DNA of 64,000 nt from Phoronis australis (lineage: Eukaryota > Animalia > Phoronida), in NCBI GenBank assembly GCA_002633005.1, contig NMRA01000009.1:579456-643455 (forward strand), read 5' to 3'. Position 1 is the first letter of the stretch. Every line of letters starts with the position of its first letter. The notes under the pieces were generated by a model. That model was given only the letters and a program-made list of their open reading frames with translations. It did no database searches and was not told where the DNA came from. A program made the translations under genes and the position numbers. This document shows positions 14,276 to 26,338 of the stretch, piece after piece.

Positions 14276-14735
14276 TTGTCGTGATTCTTCACCTATTTAG
14301 AAAGAAATGTGGTGGACAAGTGAAATTATATTCTGTCAAATTTCTGTTCTTATGTTGGTTTGTACAATGTAGATGTCATATAACACCATCTGGTGGGTAA
14401 AGTTTTCGTTGCTGTAACTTAATCAGCCTTTGAAAATAGACAAATACAGTCTTATCAATTACTTTGTGTGAAATATGTGAAGAATGACTGAAGTATTAGA
14501 ATGAGCTGTGACAGTGGATGTTGACTGTTGAGGCTTTCAATAAGTAGAGATGGATTACGACATGTCGTTATTGTTTTTTTGTGCTCGTTATTGCGTGTAT
14601 AATTACTGTTACAAAGCATTTTTCTTCGACAAAATTCTTAAACTTCATGAAATATCATATGAAAGTTCTTAGCTAGAGTATCATATGTCGGGCTGAGTTT
14701 ACCTGAGATGTGACCCAGATCATGTTTCATTTCAG

Positions 14736-14857
14736 GTTGAATTGGATGGAAAGGTGATTGACTTACCTGAGTTAGAAGGCGTGTCTGTACTCAACATTAG
14801 TAGCTGGGGTGGAGGTTGTCAACCATGGCACATTGGGAAGAACTACCCTCATGACAG
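14736..14857 (+). CDS. DGKE: DGKE-like exon
   Basis: tttcag|..|gtgggt. VELDGKVIDLPELEGVSVLNISSWGGGCQPWHIGKNYPHD(R), containing the LEG..VLNI..WGGG motif. Confidence 0.92.
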
Positions 14858-14868
14858 GTGGGTAAATG

Positions 14869-14945
14869 GGATTGACTTACCGTAGGAAATGTGGTAGTAA
14901 TATTAGTAGCTGGGTGGAGGTTGTCAAACAGGACACATTGGGAAT
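14869..14945 (+). pseudogene. Decayed tandem partial copy of the preceding DGKE exon
   Basis: gattgacttacc...attagtagctgggtggaggttgtcaaac..gacacattgggaa repeats exon sequence 14756-14839 with indels. Confidence 0.75.
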
Positions 14946-14970
14946 TTTGTTACTGACTTACCTGGGTCCC

Positions 14971-15200
14971 GAGGAGGCAGTGTGGCCTAGTTGGAGAAGT
15001 GTTCCTTTACTGAGGATTGTGTGTTTAAGTCCTTTGGGGCACACTGATAGACCTTTGAGTCAGGTTTCTAGCTCCTCAGCTCAGTTTTAACCATGTATTT
15101 ATAAAGCATAAAAAATGGTTGCCGGTGATCAGTGCAATTGGCCCATCTGAGCAGGCTGCGCACGTCTGGTACTATGTGTACTAGGCCACCAGCAATTATA
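14971..15200 (+). mobile_element. tRNA-derived SINE, same family as 6180-6496
   Basis: gaggaggcagtgtggcctagt...cacactgatagacc.ttgag...ctcctcagct...ataaagcataaaaaa.ggtt...ctgcgca.gtctggt aligns to the reverse complement of 6290-6496. Confidence 0.7.
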
Positions 15201-15377
15201 TTGTTTAGCTGGGTCCAAATATTATTTGATGCTTAACATTTTGTAGTCCTACCTAGGGTAGGGGTTATAAACTGTCACTAATCTGTAATAATGCATTTTA
15301 AATTTTTAGGGTAATGTGATACTGTTAATGACCTTGATGTCTGAAAACGTGTTTGTTTACTGGCTACATGATTGCAG

Positions 15378-15489
15378 GTATGATGATGGTTTGTTGGAGG
15401 TGATAGGTATATACTCATCGTTCCACATGGCACAGATGCAGGTGAGCCTGGCTGAACCCTGCCGACTAGGACAGGCCAAGACAGTCAAG
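15378..15489 (+). CDS. DGKE: DGKE-like exon
   Basis: ttgcag|..|gtatgg. (R)[37 protein letters not shown], containing the DDGLLEV and FH.AQ.QV.LA.P.R.GQA motifs. Confidence 0.93.
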
Positions 15490-16473
15490 GTATGGCTGCT
15501 TTGTTAACTTAACTATTGCTGTTGTACACTACCTGTCTCTATTTAGTGTTACTTCCTCTATGTGATGAAATTTACAAATATCTCTCTTTTACGCAAGGGC
15601 TTCATCTAGGATTTCAAAATTAGGGTGTCCTAAATGGAGTTCCTAATATTCCAGGGCATCCATGATTCCAATGACGCGTAATCCCCACCCCCACGACCTT
15701 TCACCGGCAACCCACACACAGTGAGGTTTAAAAAAATGCGTAGACCAAGGCATTTACATCTAAGTTTACAAAACAGCCCTCTTTAGTGGGCTTCTTTACT
15801 AAAAAAAAAACTGTTTAGACCAAGACTTTTACATCTAAATTTACGAAAACAGCCCAGTAGCTTACCAGACAAATATTAGAGATATTGGTTGAACAAAGAG
15901 TGCACTATGTTTTTGTTGATCTCGAGTCAAATTGATTTTATAAGGTTGATAATATCATCTTAACTAGCTTTAATATTCTGTAACAGTTGACAACCAATCA
16001 TGTGCTAATGCTTGAAAAGTGTTGGATACTGGATGCTTCTAACCTAGTTTGAACATGGCAACACTATACATACATTGTATATTTCTTCCTGCTTTGAAAA
16101 AAGAGTCACTATTGTGAGCTCACTTCTCCCTTCAGCTATGTGCCTTGGCTTCCTAGTAATAAAAAATGTGTGTTCAAACTTGAAAGGTTCCAGATTGACA
16201 GTGGGCGTCCAAATGATACATTGGGCGTCCTTGCCAGGGTGTCCAGATTAGAAGAAATAGACGCCCAGGACGTACGCTGCATAAGGGACTGCTTCCAAGT
16301 CATGTACACATTAAGAGTTACCTTTGAACGACTTACCCTTCGGCTGCTTGGGTCTGGCCACCCCAGCCTACACACTCCAACACTCTTTTTCCTCACGACA
16401 AAGATAGTGCAAAAAGTATTAGATACCCTTGTGTATGTAACTGAGCGAGCATGCAGCTGGCAATTTGTTTTGC

Positions 16474-16628
16474 CTTGTCTGCAGGCTTGCATCCACACTA
16501 TGACTTGTCTACAGGCTTGCATCCACACTATGACTTGTCTACAGGGTTGCATCCACACTATGACTTGTCTACAGGCTTGCATCCACACTATGACTTGTCT
16601 ACAGGGTTGCATCCACACTATGACTTGT
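16474..16628. repeat. Minisatellite, 30-bp unit, 5 copies
   Basis: (cttgtctacaggcttgcatccacactatga)n. Confidence 0.95.
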
Positions 16629-19372
16629 ACTTGGCCATGTTACTCAAGGACACGTTACCCTATGTTGATAAGGTGTGTTAAGTTGTCACACAGGTGTAAA
16701 TTATGTCCACACACGAGCTCTTGTGACAGTTCATTCCAAGATTAACTTCTGGTAAGGACAACTCTTAAATGTGACCTCTAAACAATAAGATTTGTTTACA
16801 AACCCACATACTGAGCACACTACAGGAGAATTTGAGAGCAAGAATTATCCAAGGTTCATTACACTTCCAACATCAGAAAGCTAGGGGCTGTGCATGCTCT
16901 GGACAGGGTGATTATTTTGCAGGATATAAACAACTTTATTCTTGTACTAGTATCCAGGTGAGTCTTCCAGGAATCATTTCAGTTAGTCTTTTGTTGTGAT
17001 GAAGTCATCACTTTGTTCCACACAAAAGGAATTCTAATATTAGTCAAGCTAAAAAATACTAATTTAAGCTTGGCCAATATTACTTAATTTTTGGAGCGGC
17101 CAATATTATTCAATTTTTGGAGCCTACCTTATTCAAAGTTCCTCATTGGGGTCACATCAACTTTTTAGCAAGGTGCAGATGCTTTTAATTTAGCCTGCTT
17201 GAGTGTTCCAAACGAGCTATGTTGTCACTTACAAACAGACCATAGGATAATGTTCATTTTCATAACCACTCACTAAGAAAACTGAGTTTTGCTTGCTGGT
17301 GGAATTTGCTACTTAGTCGCCTTGAATTGGGCAATGTTATTCAGACTTTCGCAGCCATGGTTACCAATATTGGTCAAACTTGGCTTAGGGACGATCCACT
17401 GGTTAATCCACCTATTTTGAGGAGCTGAGATAGCTGTCATATCGAAAGTCGGGCCTACTGAAACTCCATCGCAGCTCACCTTACGAAAATTCTTCAGTTT
17501 GTGACACGATATAACAGACAGGTGAAGTTTTGTTTTGTCAAACTTCCCAACTAAAGTAACTTTTCAGTTAAATTTACTTTACATTTAGCGTGGTTTGTAT
17601 GACGTAGTTATTACCAAACAACATTTGGTAAAATATTGACCATTTGCTGAAATGTGGAAAGCATCTGAAAAATAGAAATATGTCACTTATCTCTCTGGTG
17701 GCGGCATTGGAGTTACTGCTTGTTCTAGTGATGAAACACCAAAAACACCAAGTAGCATAGTTGATGTGCATTATCTATTGAATATGTATGTTGCATGTGG
17801 TGACCTCTAGTGACTACTTTCATTGGAGCTATTACTTTCCCATTACAGGGGAATTGGGCATCTCTGCTGTTTATTCCATGGCTATTTAAGGGGAAGGTAG
17901 TCACATTTAGAGTTATTTTGGGTTACCTAAAAACATTTTAACGAAAATGACAGGTTGCCTTTCCCTTTAAGTTGGAGAGTTATGCTTTCCCTCTGACCGA
18001 CTCTTGGCAATATAGGGGAGTTGCAATGTCGGTGGGAAAGCGACATAAGTCCGGCGGTTAGGCTTTCCCACTGACTGAAACTTTTCAAAACAGACTGAGG
18101 AGTTACAGCGTTGATGGGGAAAAATGACGAAAGTCATGTGACCTTATGAAGAGCACACAATGGGGGTAATGATACAGACTAGGACGATGATTAATATTAA
18201 CATCAAACAGACTTGATCTTATGCCTGGTACAGCCTGTCTCTTCAGTGTTTCTGCCTCACCTGACAGATGTGCTTGACTGACAAACATTTGTTAACTGGT
18301 AGGGCCTTGTTATAATGTATTTGAATTATGGATTGAGTCACGTTTTTTTGAATACTGAGACAGTCCTTGGTTTTGCCTCAGTTATTTCAACTTGGTCATG
18401 CTTGAATGGCTTAATGGATGTGTTGTGTTTTTGGTAACTTGTTGCTTTGTTCAGGAGATCTGTTGGTATTGGTGATTTTCATGGCACGGACTGGCTGATG
18501 ATGTTTGTGGATGGCACACAGTAGAATAAGTTTGTTTTATGTTAGAAGAATATCTTGGTGTCTTCCCGTTGCAGGGATCATTTCAGAAAAAAATATGACA
18601 TTGGATCAAGTGAATTACAAGGCCTCAAGTTTATTGGCTAGTTTAGAGCACCTATGGGTCTTGATAGAATGTTTTATCATTCGTGATTCGATATTTATTT
18701 AAGGGCATTTAACACGTGTGATTCCGTCTGCTACCTCAATACGTTAGGTAGTGATTAGTGATGGTTCTTAATTGGTAATTACATTGTAGTTTAAGTGAAC
18801 ATATAAGGCCATAGTTAGGAACAGTACCTTCACAACATACTTGACAACACATCACTAATATGTTGGTCATCAACATTAGTTTTGATCAACCGCACTGCAT
18901 CTTGGTTATGTTAGAATCTGAATGCAATGCGTATTGGTTATGTTAGAATCTGAATGCAATGCGTATTCAAGACAAAATAAGGCATGATTATGACACAGTT
19001 TAATCCTGCTGGTTGACCTGAGTTTAGCAGTCACATTTGATCACACAATCTTATTATGTGCTCAATGCTTCGATGCTTGCAATCACATATAAAATATCTT
19101 GTTTTTTACATTGACTGTCGTGTTTCCACAAAAATATTTTTCTACACAAAATTTGTTTTTATTCTATTAGCTATGAAAGCATGTCTGGGATTTCCGTTTA
19201 AAGACTTCCGAAGTTTTTTCAAGAAATGTTGTCATCTTCGTTTCATATTATTATGAAAATCTGGTCATTATTTTTGTGCACTTAAAAAGATTCTGTGATC
19301 ATCAAGTATTTTAAAAGGATATTTTTTATTGGTCTGCAAGTAATTTTTATAAAAACGATGGATTTAAACCAG

Positions 19373-19414
19373 CTTGACATGTTTCAGCGTTTATTAAAAC
19401 ACCATCCTCAGAAG
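19373..19414 (-). ncRNA. Minimal hammerhead ribozyme motif in the inverted pLTR
   Basis: The - strand reads cuu-CUGAGGA-u-GGUGUUU-uaau-AAACGCU-GAAAC-AU-GUC-aag. Stem II is fully paired, including G-U pairs. Confidence 0.75.
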
Positions 19415-19818
19415 AAAAAACAGTGGCCATCTTGCTAGGTCCAACAAGTACTGATACACGGTCCAGGGTAGTGTACAAATTTATCTGTGCTGGATGTGGC
19501 TCCAGGTATATAGGCGAAACTGTTCGCCATTTGAAAACTGGGATCATGGAACATCTAAATTCTGGTAGAAGTTCGCATATTAGTTAATAATCACCTGCAG
19601 AGCTCCAATCATTGTCATGAGCAATGGTCTTTCAATGACTTTGTTGTAACAGACCAAGCAGTAACAACAAAGGAACTGAAAACAGTTGGTGTGTAAGCCC
19701 AGTCTGGCACACCACAGGTTGTCATTGTTGGTCTAGTTTATTGTTACTCCCCTTTAACTGACTGTGTCTGTGTATCATTAGCTGTTGTTGGGCCTACTAA
19801 GGTGGCCACTGTTTTTTT

Positions 19819-19860
19819 CTTCTGAGGATGGTTTTTTAATAAATGCTGAAACATGTCAAG
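19819..19860 (+). ncRNA. Minimal hammerhead ribozyme motif in the PLE pLTR (sense to DGKE)
   Basis: cuu-CUGAGGA-u-gguuuuu-uaau-aaaugcu-GAAAC-AU-GUC-aag: catalytic core, stem I cuu/aag and palindromic ACAUGU stem III. Stem II has one mismatch. Confidence 0.7.
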
Positions 19861-19998
19861 GCAGTTTAAATCCATCGTTGTTTTTATTAACATATGCTGC
19901 GACTTGCTATCAAGGAGATATGTAAGTAATACTTAAAAAGTTACTTAAAATTTGTTTCTTTGTAAGGAAGGTAGTCAGTTCGCTTTATCTTGTTGCAG

Positions 19999-20145
19999 AT
20001 TACACTGAGCAGAGGTAAAGCACCAGTACAGATTGATGGCGAGCCATGGGAACAGACACCAGGGGTCATCAACATCAGCTTTCATAACCAGGCCTCAGTG
20101 CTGTGCGCCTCACCACATGACTTGTCTAACAATGGCGATTCATGA
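19999..20145 (+). CDS. DGKE: DGKE-like terminal coding exon
   Basis: ttgcag|. ITLSRGKAPVQIDGEPWEQTPGVINISFHNQASVLCASPHDLSNNGDS*, containing the P.QIDGEPW.Q motif. TGA at 20143-20145. Confidence 0.93.
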   Translation: MTLSRGKAPVQIDGEPWEQTPGVINISFHNQASVLCASPHDLSNNGDS

Positions 20146-23028
20146 GATAAATCACAGTCTCCAGTGTTATGTTTCAAGTCATCTCTCAGTGCATTGTGTT
20201 GTGCAGACTGATGCATTTGTCACAACAGCTCAATTTTTCAATTTTGCAATATTGAGTTCAGTCTTAACTGTTAGAGCGTGAGTGCAGACAAGTAGTTGAG
20301 CTGTTGTCCTCAAGTCAACTATAGCTCAGCTCGTTTCTAAATGCAGCTTACCCGAACGCAGCGACCAAAATTCTCATTGACCTTGTATTAGTAGTAAACA
20401 GCGTAAATGCAGTACACTTGGTAAGAATGAGTTACGAGAGAGAAAGAGATATGTTGTCAAGTGGTTCAATAATTAATTTTCATTGGCTTCCGCAGGCAAT
20501 AATCAACTAAGCACTTCGCTCAGCCTGTTGTGAGGATTTATGCTTTAGAACCAGGTAAATGAACTGCAGCAAGAGAGAGACATTCGCCAAAATCTTCAGT
20601 TAATTTTGTCGCAGATGTGAGCCACGAGCAGAGTTAAGTTTCATTGGAGGTCCATAGCTCTTAGTATGCACTAACCCTTAATGTGCATTGGTTAACTCTG
20701 ACACTCGCATATTTAACAAAAGTTGGAAATTATTGCTTCGCTTTCTGGTCATTCATTCCAACTCTTATGTCTTATGAAAAAAGCTTATGCAATGTATGAA
20801 TAAACAAAGTGACTGTCATTCATTTATATATAGTGTACCTGTAATGTTTTTTTTTGTGATGTACCAATGCTATTTATTTCTGTTATTTATTACTATGACC
20901 TGTTGATATTTGTTTTTACATTTGTAGAGCATCTGGTTTTATGCAGTTGAAATACTTTTCTGTTCTTTCTCTAAATCTTTGTGCATGTTCATTGCATTAG
21001 AATCTCTCATTATAGCTTTTACATTAGGAGCTACATAGGTGCAATACATGTCTAAATATTGTCTTGTCTTCTTTACTGTCCCAAGTGCAAGTTGTCAAGA
21101 CCTTCAGTTTGTTACTCAAGTCAATTGTACCTGTTAGTGTAGTCAATCTTTTACCTTTTACGTGCTTTAGTTCATACTCTAGTTGTTTTTGCGGGAGTAG
21201 TAAATCTTCAAACTTATTTCAAGATCTCTGATCATTGGAAAGTCATCCCGTTGGACAAGCAATGCTGATAAGAATTCCAAAGAATTTTAGTGAATCTTGT
21301 CTTGGGGGTTTCCCTTGTTAACTCAGTTGTTCAAGCCACATGCTGTGCTAAGTAGCTTTTTAACTGCCAATGTACTCATCTATGGTAATTTATCCTTTAT
21401 GTTGTCATTACATGAACTTCTGACTTCATTCACCGTTGTAAAATATGTCTCGGCTTATTTCTTGATTTCTGGGCTTGGATAAACTTTGAAATGTGTCACT
21501 GAAGATTTATCTTACTGGTAGTTGGACTTGTTGTGCAACTCATGCAATGCAATGAATGCAATAAGGTAATCAATCAAACGCAAATCTGCAGGTTCCACCA
21601 CATTTGGTGCGATATGGCTTAACAGTAAGGTAACATTCCCAATTTCACATGCTCACTCTTACTCTTTGGAAACTTTCTCCCCTGGTTACATAATTTATTC
21701 TAGTTTTGAAATTATTCCACCTAGATCTTTTCCCTGAATATGGCTTTGACTTTTTATTAAAACATTCTTATTGCAGTAAATGTACATTTATTGTATTATG
21801 TTTACTTATTGCAACCTATGAAAAATAAAAATCACTCTAAACTACCTGTGAACTACATTTAATGTTACACACAGTACCCAGACTTTGAACGGAGGCCCAA
21901 GTGCTTTAGAAAGACGCGATTTTTAGGATACTGGATTGCAATTAATGAAACACTACACAGAGTTAGTTACATTAGACTCTACATTAAGTAGTTCAACAGG
22001 AACAATGATTATGCCCAGTCTCTAAACAATATGAAGTAAAGTACTTCATAACCAAACGAGTTCCAATAAATTCAAGACGTTTCATTCAGTAAATGAAGTT
22101 GTACTTATTCCACAAAATAAAACTTTTACAGATATTTTATTTCCACTCTAAGGAACAAATAAGGAATTGAACAGCTTATAGTTGTACTTACAAGCAACAT
22201 TTACCAACATGCAGACTGAACAGAAGTGTTGACCTCTCCTGCACAAAAGATTGTCTTCAGTCATTTTGCCTCTGACAGATGACCAAACTTAACATAGTAA
22301 CAAAAATTACCAAGGTAAGGCTGATGAAATGTCTGGGAAAACTAACAGAATATTTTTCAACCAAACTTGTCACCCACAGAAACTGCATCTTGCCATCTGT
22401 AATTGACAAATTGGACAATCGTAAGGATGTTCTGTAAAGTATCTTGGTTATGGAAATTAAATGTATGACCTTCACCCTACAGATAATGACAACAGAATGA
22501 CCTTGACACCAGGTGTTAATATTCAGGTATTGTGTATACTTACTTGTTGCTATAAAAATATATTAAAACATTTCCAACATTTCATCTTAACAACATTTAC
22601 TTTCTAATTCCTGAAAACATGAATTTCATTGTGGATAAAAAAAAAATCAGTTACTAACTCAAAATGGCTGAACCAGTTGAACACTGTTAAAGTACTTCTG
22701 ATCCCCATCAACAGAGAATAATTAAGACTCTTTAAAGGTCAAGTCATCCATAGATATGGTATTAAGTACTGCGCTGCATACTTTGTAGATAAAATCCAAG
22801 AAAACAGGTATTTGGCAAGGAACACTCACACTATGAAGTTTTAACATAGCATATAGTAGTAAATCTCTTGATGTTTGACTAGCTAAACTCAAGTCATGAC
22901 ATCTGTAGAGTTCTCGACAACAGAATAGTCACTTTCTGAGAAACTGTTTTCTCCACTGAATAACAGGCATCAAACTGAAAATTCAAATTGGACGAGAATA
23001 ATGAAATTCATCAACATGATTGAAAGTC

Positions 23029-23274
23029 CATGCGGACTCATTCCAACAAAACTGACTTAGCTAAGGCAAATCTTAAATTTTTGTAAATTTTAAAATAAAA
23101 GTTTAGTTTGTCTCAAAATCAATTCAAGAAAGAGATCTTAAGTGTTTGACATAAATTTTGTCTTAATTTTGACTTAATTACCAAATGTGGAAGTTTCAAA
23201 GTTAGGAAGTTAATACAAATCTTAAAAGTTAAGTAAAAATGAACTTAAGTCAGTTTCTTGGAATATGCCCCATG
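23029..23274. mobile_element. MITE (~245 bp) downstream of the METRNL-like stop codon
   Basis: catgcggactcattccaacaaaactgactta ... taagtcagtttcttggaatatgccccatg, an imperfect ~30-bp TIR. Confidence 0.6.
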
Positions 23275-24585
23275 TCTTGATCATTTTGCTGAAGAAGTGA
23301 TTCGTGTCACTTCAAACTGGTTGCAATGTTTTTCGAACTCGATGCAGGTAAGCTTAAGTTGTAGCAAAATTCAAACACGTAATGGTAACGACACAGTCAA
23401 AATGGATTGTGGAGAACACTGAGAGTTTGATAAGAGAAGTGAACAATTCAAAAACGAATATGAACGTAATATACCTGTGAATGTGACACTCACATTCTGG
23501 TAATAATGAAATATAACATCCCACATTTTGAGAACCAGTTTTCTCCACTGAATAATGGGCATCAAACTCATTCTCAAAATATAGATATAACCCATATTCC
23601 CGTGCATATGAACATCACACACATTTGCCAGAAACAGAGGACGAGCCTGATGAAAACTATTTTCAGGAAGAAATTAAACACTACACATTGCAGACATAAA
23701 TCTCAACACAAACCAATCACAAATAATGTACTCATAACAAAAACAGTCCAGGAGATGTAAGCTTTCAAACTGTTACTGAGATTTGTTTGGTCATAATCTA
23801 GTCCCAAATCACAGTATCAGGAAAACCAACCTTCCCCAGACCCGATCACAATATTCAACAAATGACCTTGACCTTCACTAACGTGATATGATAAAAGTTG
23901 AAACAATTCCAAAACATAAATGTTTACCATACTTTCAAGTTTCAACTTAACAATAATACCATACTAAATAGAACTTTCTGGTTTTAAGATGATAAATGCA
24001 AACTTATCTTCTATCAAATAATAACAACACTAAATTCAACTGCATGGTTTTATGTTTGGACATCAGAATATGATTTATGTTTTGGTTTGCATATTGATTT
24101 TTAGTGATTATTGAAAACAAAACATAATCAATATTCTCTATAGTTTCACATTCATCACAAGATGATCTCAATATGAAATCCGAATTTGAAGAAAAACTAT
24201 TTTCCTGGTCTTATGTTTAAAATAGTGGAGACAAGACATTTTTACAAACATCCTTAAAATCATTTTGAACATCGATACACTCAATCTTGATTTGACTAGC
24301 TTTTTAAAGTCTATTATGACTCCATTTTACAAGTTACTACAACAGTTGTAACAAAATGGCAATTTTAGATCAATGATTTGAAAACAGCAGTTATTTTGCT
24401 ACAAATTAATTCTCCCCTTTTGTCCAATATACATCCAGTCATTCACTGACACTCATATAAAACATAGGAATGGTTTTCACTGTGCATGTGATTTCACAGA
24501 CAATCACAAGTCCACATCTGTGCACACACAAAATCAACCAACTAGACAGCACCACTAACACAAAACACCAATGGCGTATCGTTCA

Positions 24586-24926
24586 TCAATCTGTATCTTC
24601 ATCACTAGAGAGCTCATTCAAGGAGCACACAGTGTTACCTGTCCTTATTGCTTCCTTCTTTATGCGCTCCCAATGTTCAATCCTTGGAGCACACTGCAAA
24701 AATGAACGCCCTAGTCGCATCTTTCCCGTTATTAAAAACTCGCCAGAGCCAGTGTGAGCGCCACATTTAAGAGGTAACACAACATTTCCTCTAATAGTGC
24801 CATCTTTAGTAGAGTCTCTTTTGAAGTGTTTGTATTTTTGGTGATGAACCTTTCGGATCAGCAGTTGAATCTGACTTTCATCTCGGTCTGCCGAATTCTT
24901 CAGGTTTTCTAAAGTACCGACCACAA
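24586..24926 (-). CDS. METRNL: Meteorin/METRNL-family protein, terminal coding exon (NTR-like domain)
   Basis: ttttcag|. VVGTLENL...KVHHQKYKHF...GNVVLPLKCGAHTGSGEFLITGKMRLGRSFLQCAPRIEHWERIKKEAIRTGNTVCSLNELSSDEDTD*. CG...G.G.FL.TG....G...L.CAPR is diagnostic. The four exons total 885 nt (294 aa plus stop). Confidence 0.92.
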
Positions 24927-25156
24927 CTGAAAACAAAAGAATTTTATCTCAATATTTTCTCAATATGAAGTGCAACGTTTAGTCAACTAGGATGTCATGT
25001 TTGAGTAATAACATTTCTCTGCATGTAAAAATACTTAAAATATGAACAAGCTTTGGTTATACACCAAAAGTTTGATAGAGAATGTCAAATGGAAATGTCA
25101 CCTTGTCAGTTATGTCTAACAAGTGAATGTCAGAAATGAAATAAATGAAAATAAGA

Positions 25157-25237
25157 AATTCTGAATCAGGACAGAGGGCAAATTCTGAATAAGGACAGAG
25201 GGCAAATTCTGAATCAGGACAGAGGACAAATTCTGAA
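25157..25237. repeat. Tandem repeat, 24-bp unit, ~3 copies
   Basis: aaattctgaatcaggacagagggc repeated. Confidence 0.85.
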
Positions 25238-26145
25238 ATTAAGAAGCATAGAGCCCAAAATATCACAAAAACACGTATGACTAAATTTTGGCATTCCCAA
25301 TATTGTATTTAGCATCTTGTTATTAAAGAACTGCGAACACGACACCTGTGTGGGGAACATGACAGAAAGGGTTGGCATAGAATGTAGAGCGATACACTGT
25401 CATTCATGCACATGGATATGTTGTCTGTAGCAGTAGAGGTTAAACAGCAGGCTCAAGCACTACCTGATACACCTCATGGTAGACATTGGTTTCTACCTCA
25501 CTCGTTAAATTTTACAAAATGAACATGAATAGAGTCAATCTGTACTTTCATTTAAATATAACTTCAAGTTGAGATGTTATTAATATGAGACAGAACAGGT
25601 TCATTACAGAGCCCTAGACACAACCACAGATATAATCCAATTAGGTCTGACCCACACCTGCCTTTCATTATCACAGGCCCAGCTCCTTCTATGACATATA
25701 AAGAGCACAGACCCCCAGACAAGGTCCAGTTTCTATGTAAACCCTGGTAATCCCATGCAGAGGTAGGGTGGTAATGAGGTACAGCTTACAAAGGTATACA
25801 CAAGATCTCACCACTGCACACTGAGTAAATAGACTCAGTGGGACAGGCAATGGGGAAGTTTAAATTAAATCAATCAAGTTCCATACAAAGGCATGTGCCT
25901 TATGTGGTGGTGGTGTTTTTAATGACTAATTAGATGGTGTCAAATGAAAACCCCAATATTTTAAGTCATAAAATAAAAGGGAACCTAACATTTGTGTCCA
26001 CATTCAGGTATATGAGTACGCAAACCTGTACATTCAAGTGTCCAATTCAAAAATACGAGCTAACAGCATAAAATTTTGAGTTTACTGACCTACAGATATG
26101 AGCATTTAGATCAGTTTTCAAGCTTTCTAACAAAAAAAGTTGGCT

Positions 26146-26338
26146 CAAGTTATGGTTATTGCAAGTTATGGTTATTGCAAGTTATGGTTATTGCAAGTTA
26201 TGGTTATTGCAAGTTATGGTTATTGCAAGTTATGGTTATTGCAAGTTATGGTTATTGCATGTTATGGTTATTGCAAGTTATGGTTATTGCATGTTATGGT
26301 TATTGCAAGTTATGGTTATTGCAAGTTATGGTTATTGT
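26146..26338. repeat. Minisatellite, 16-bp unit, 12 copies
   Basis: (caagttatggttattg)n. Confidence 0.95.

Larger units (their letters stand above)
19348..19888 (+). mobile_element. 5'-truncated Penelope-like retroelement: GIY-YIG fragment between inverted pseudo-LTRs
   Basis: + strand ~19460-19580 reads SRVVYKFICAGCGSRYIGETVRHLKTGIMEHLNSGRSSHI (PLE GIY-YIG). 19348-19447 is the reverse complement of ~19786-19888. Confidence 0.85.

Noticed and set aside
16136-16745. 201-aa and 160-aa ORFs
   Set aside because: They run through a 30-bp minisatellite and a probable repeat remnant, with no recognisable domain or convincing splice context.
17886-17970. Possible tiny TTAA-flanked Kolobok MITE
   Set aside because: The inverted ends match too poorly to call.
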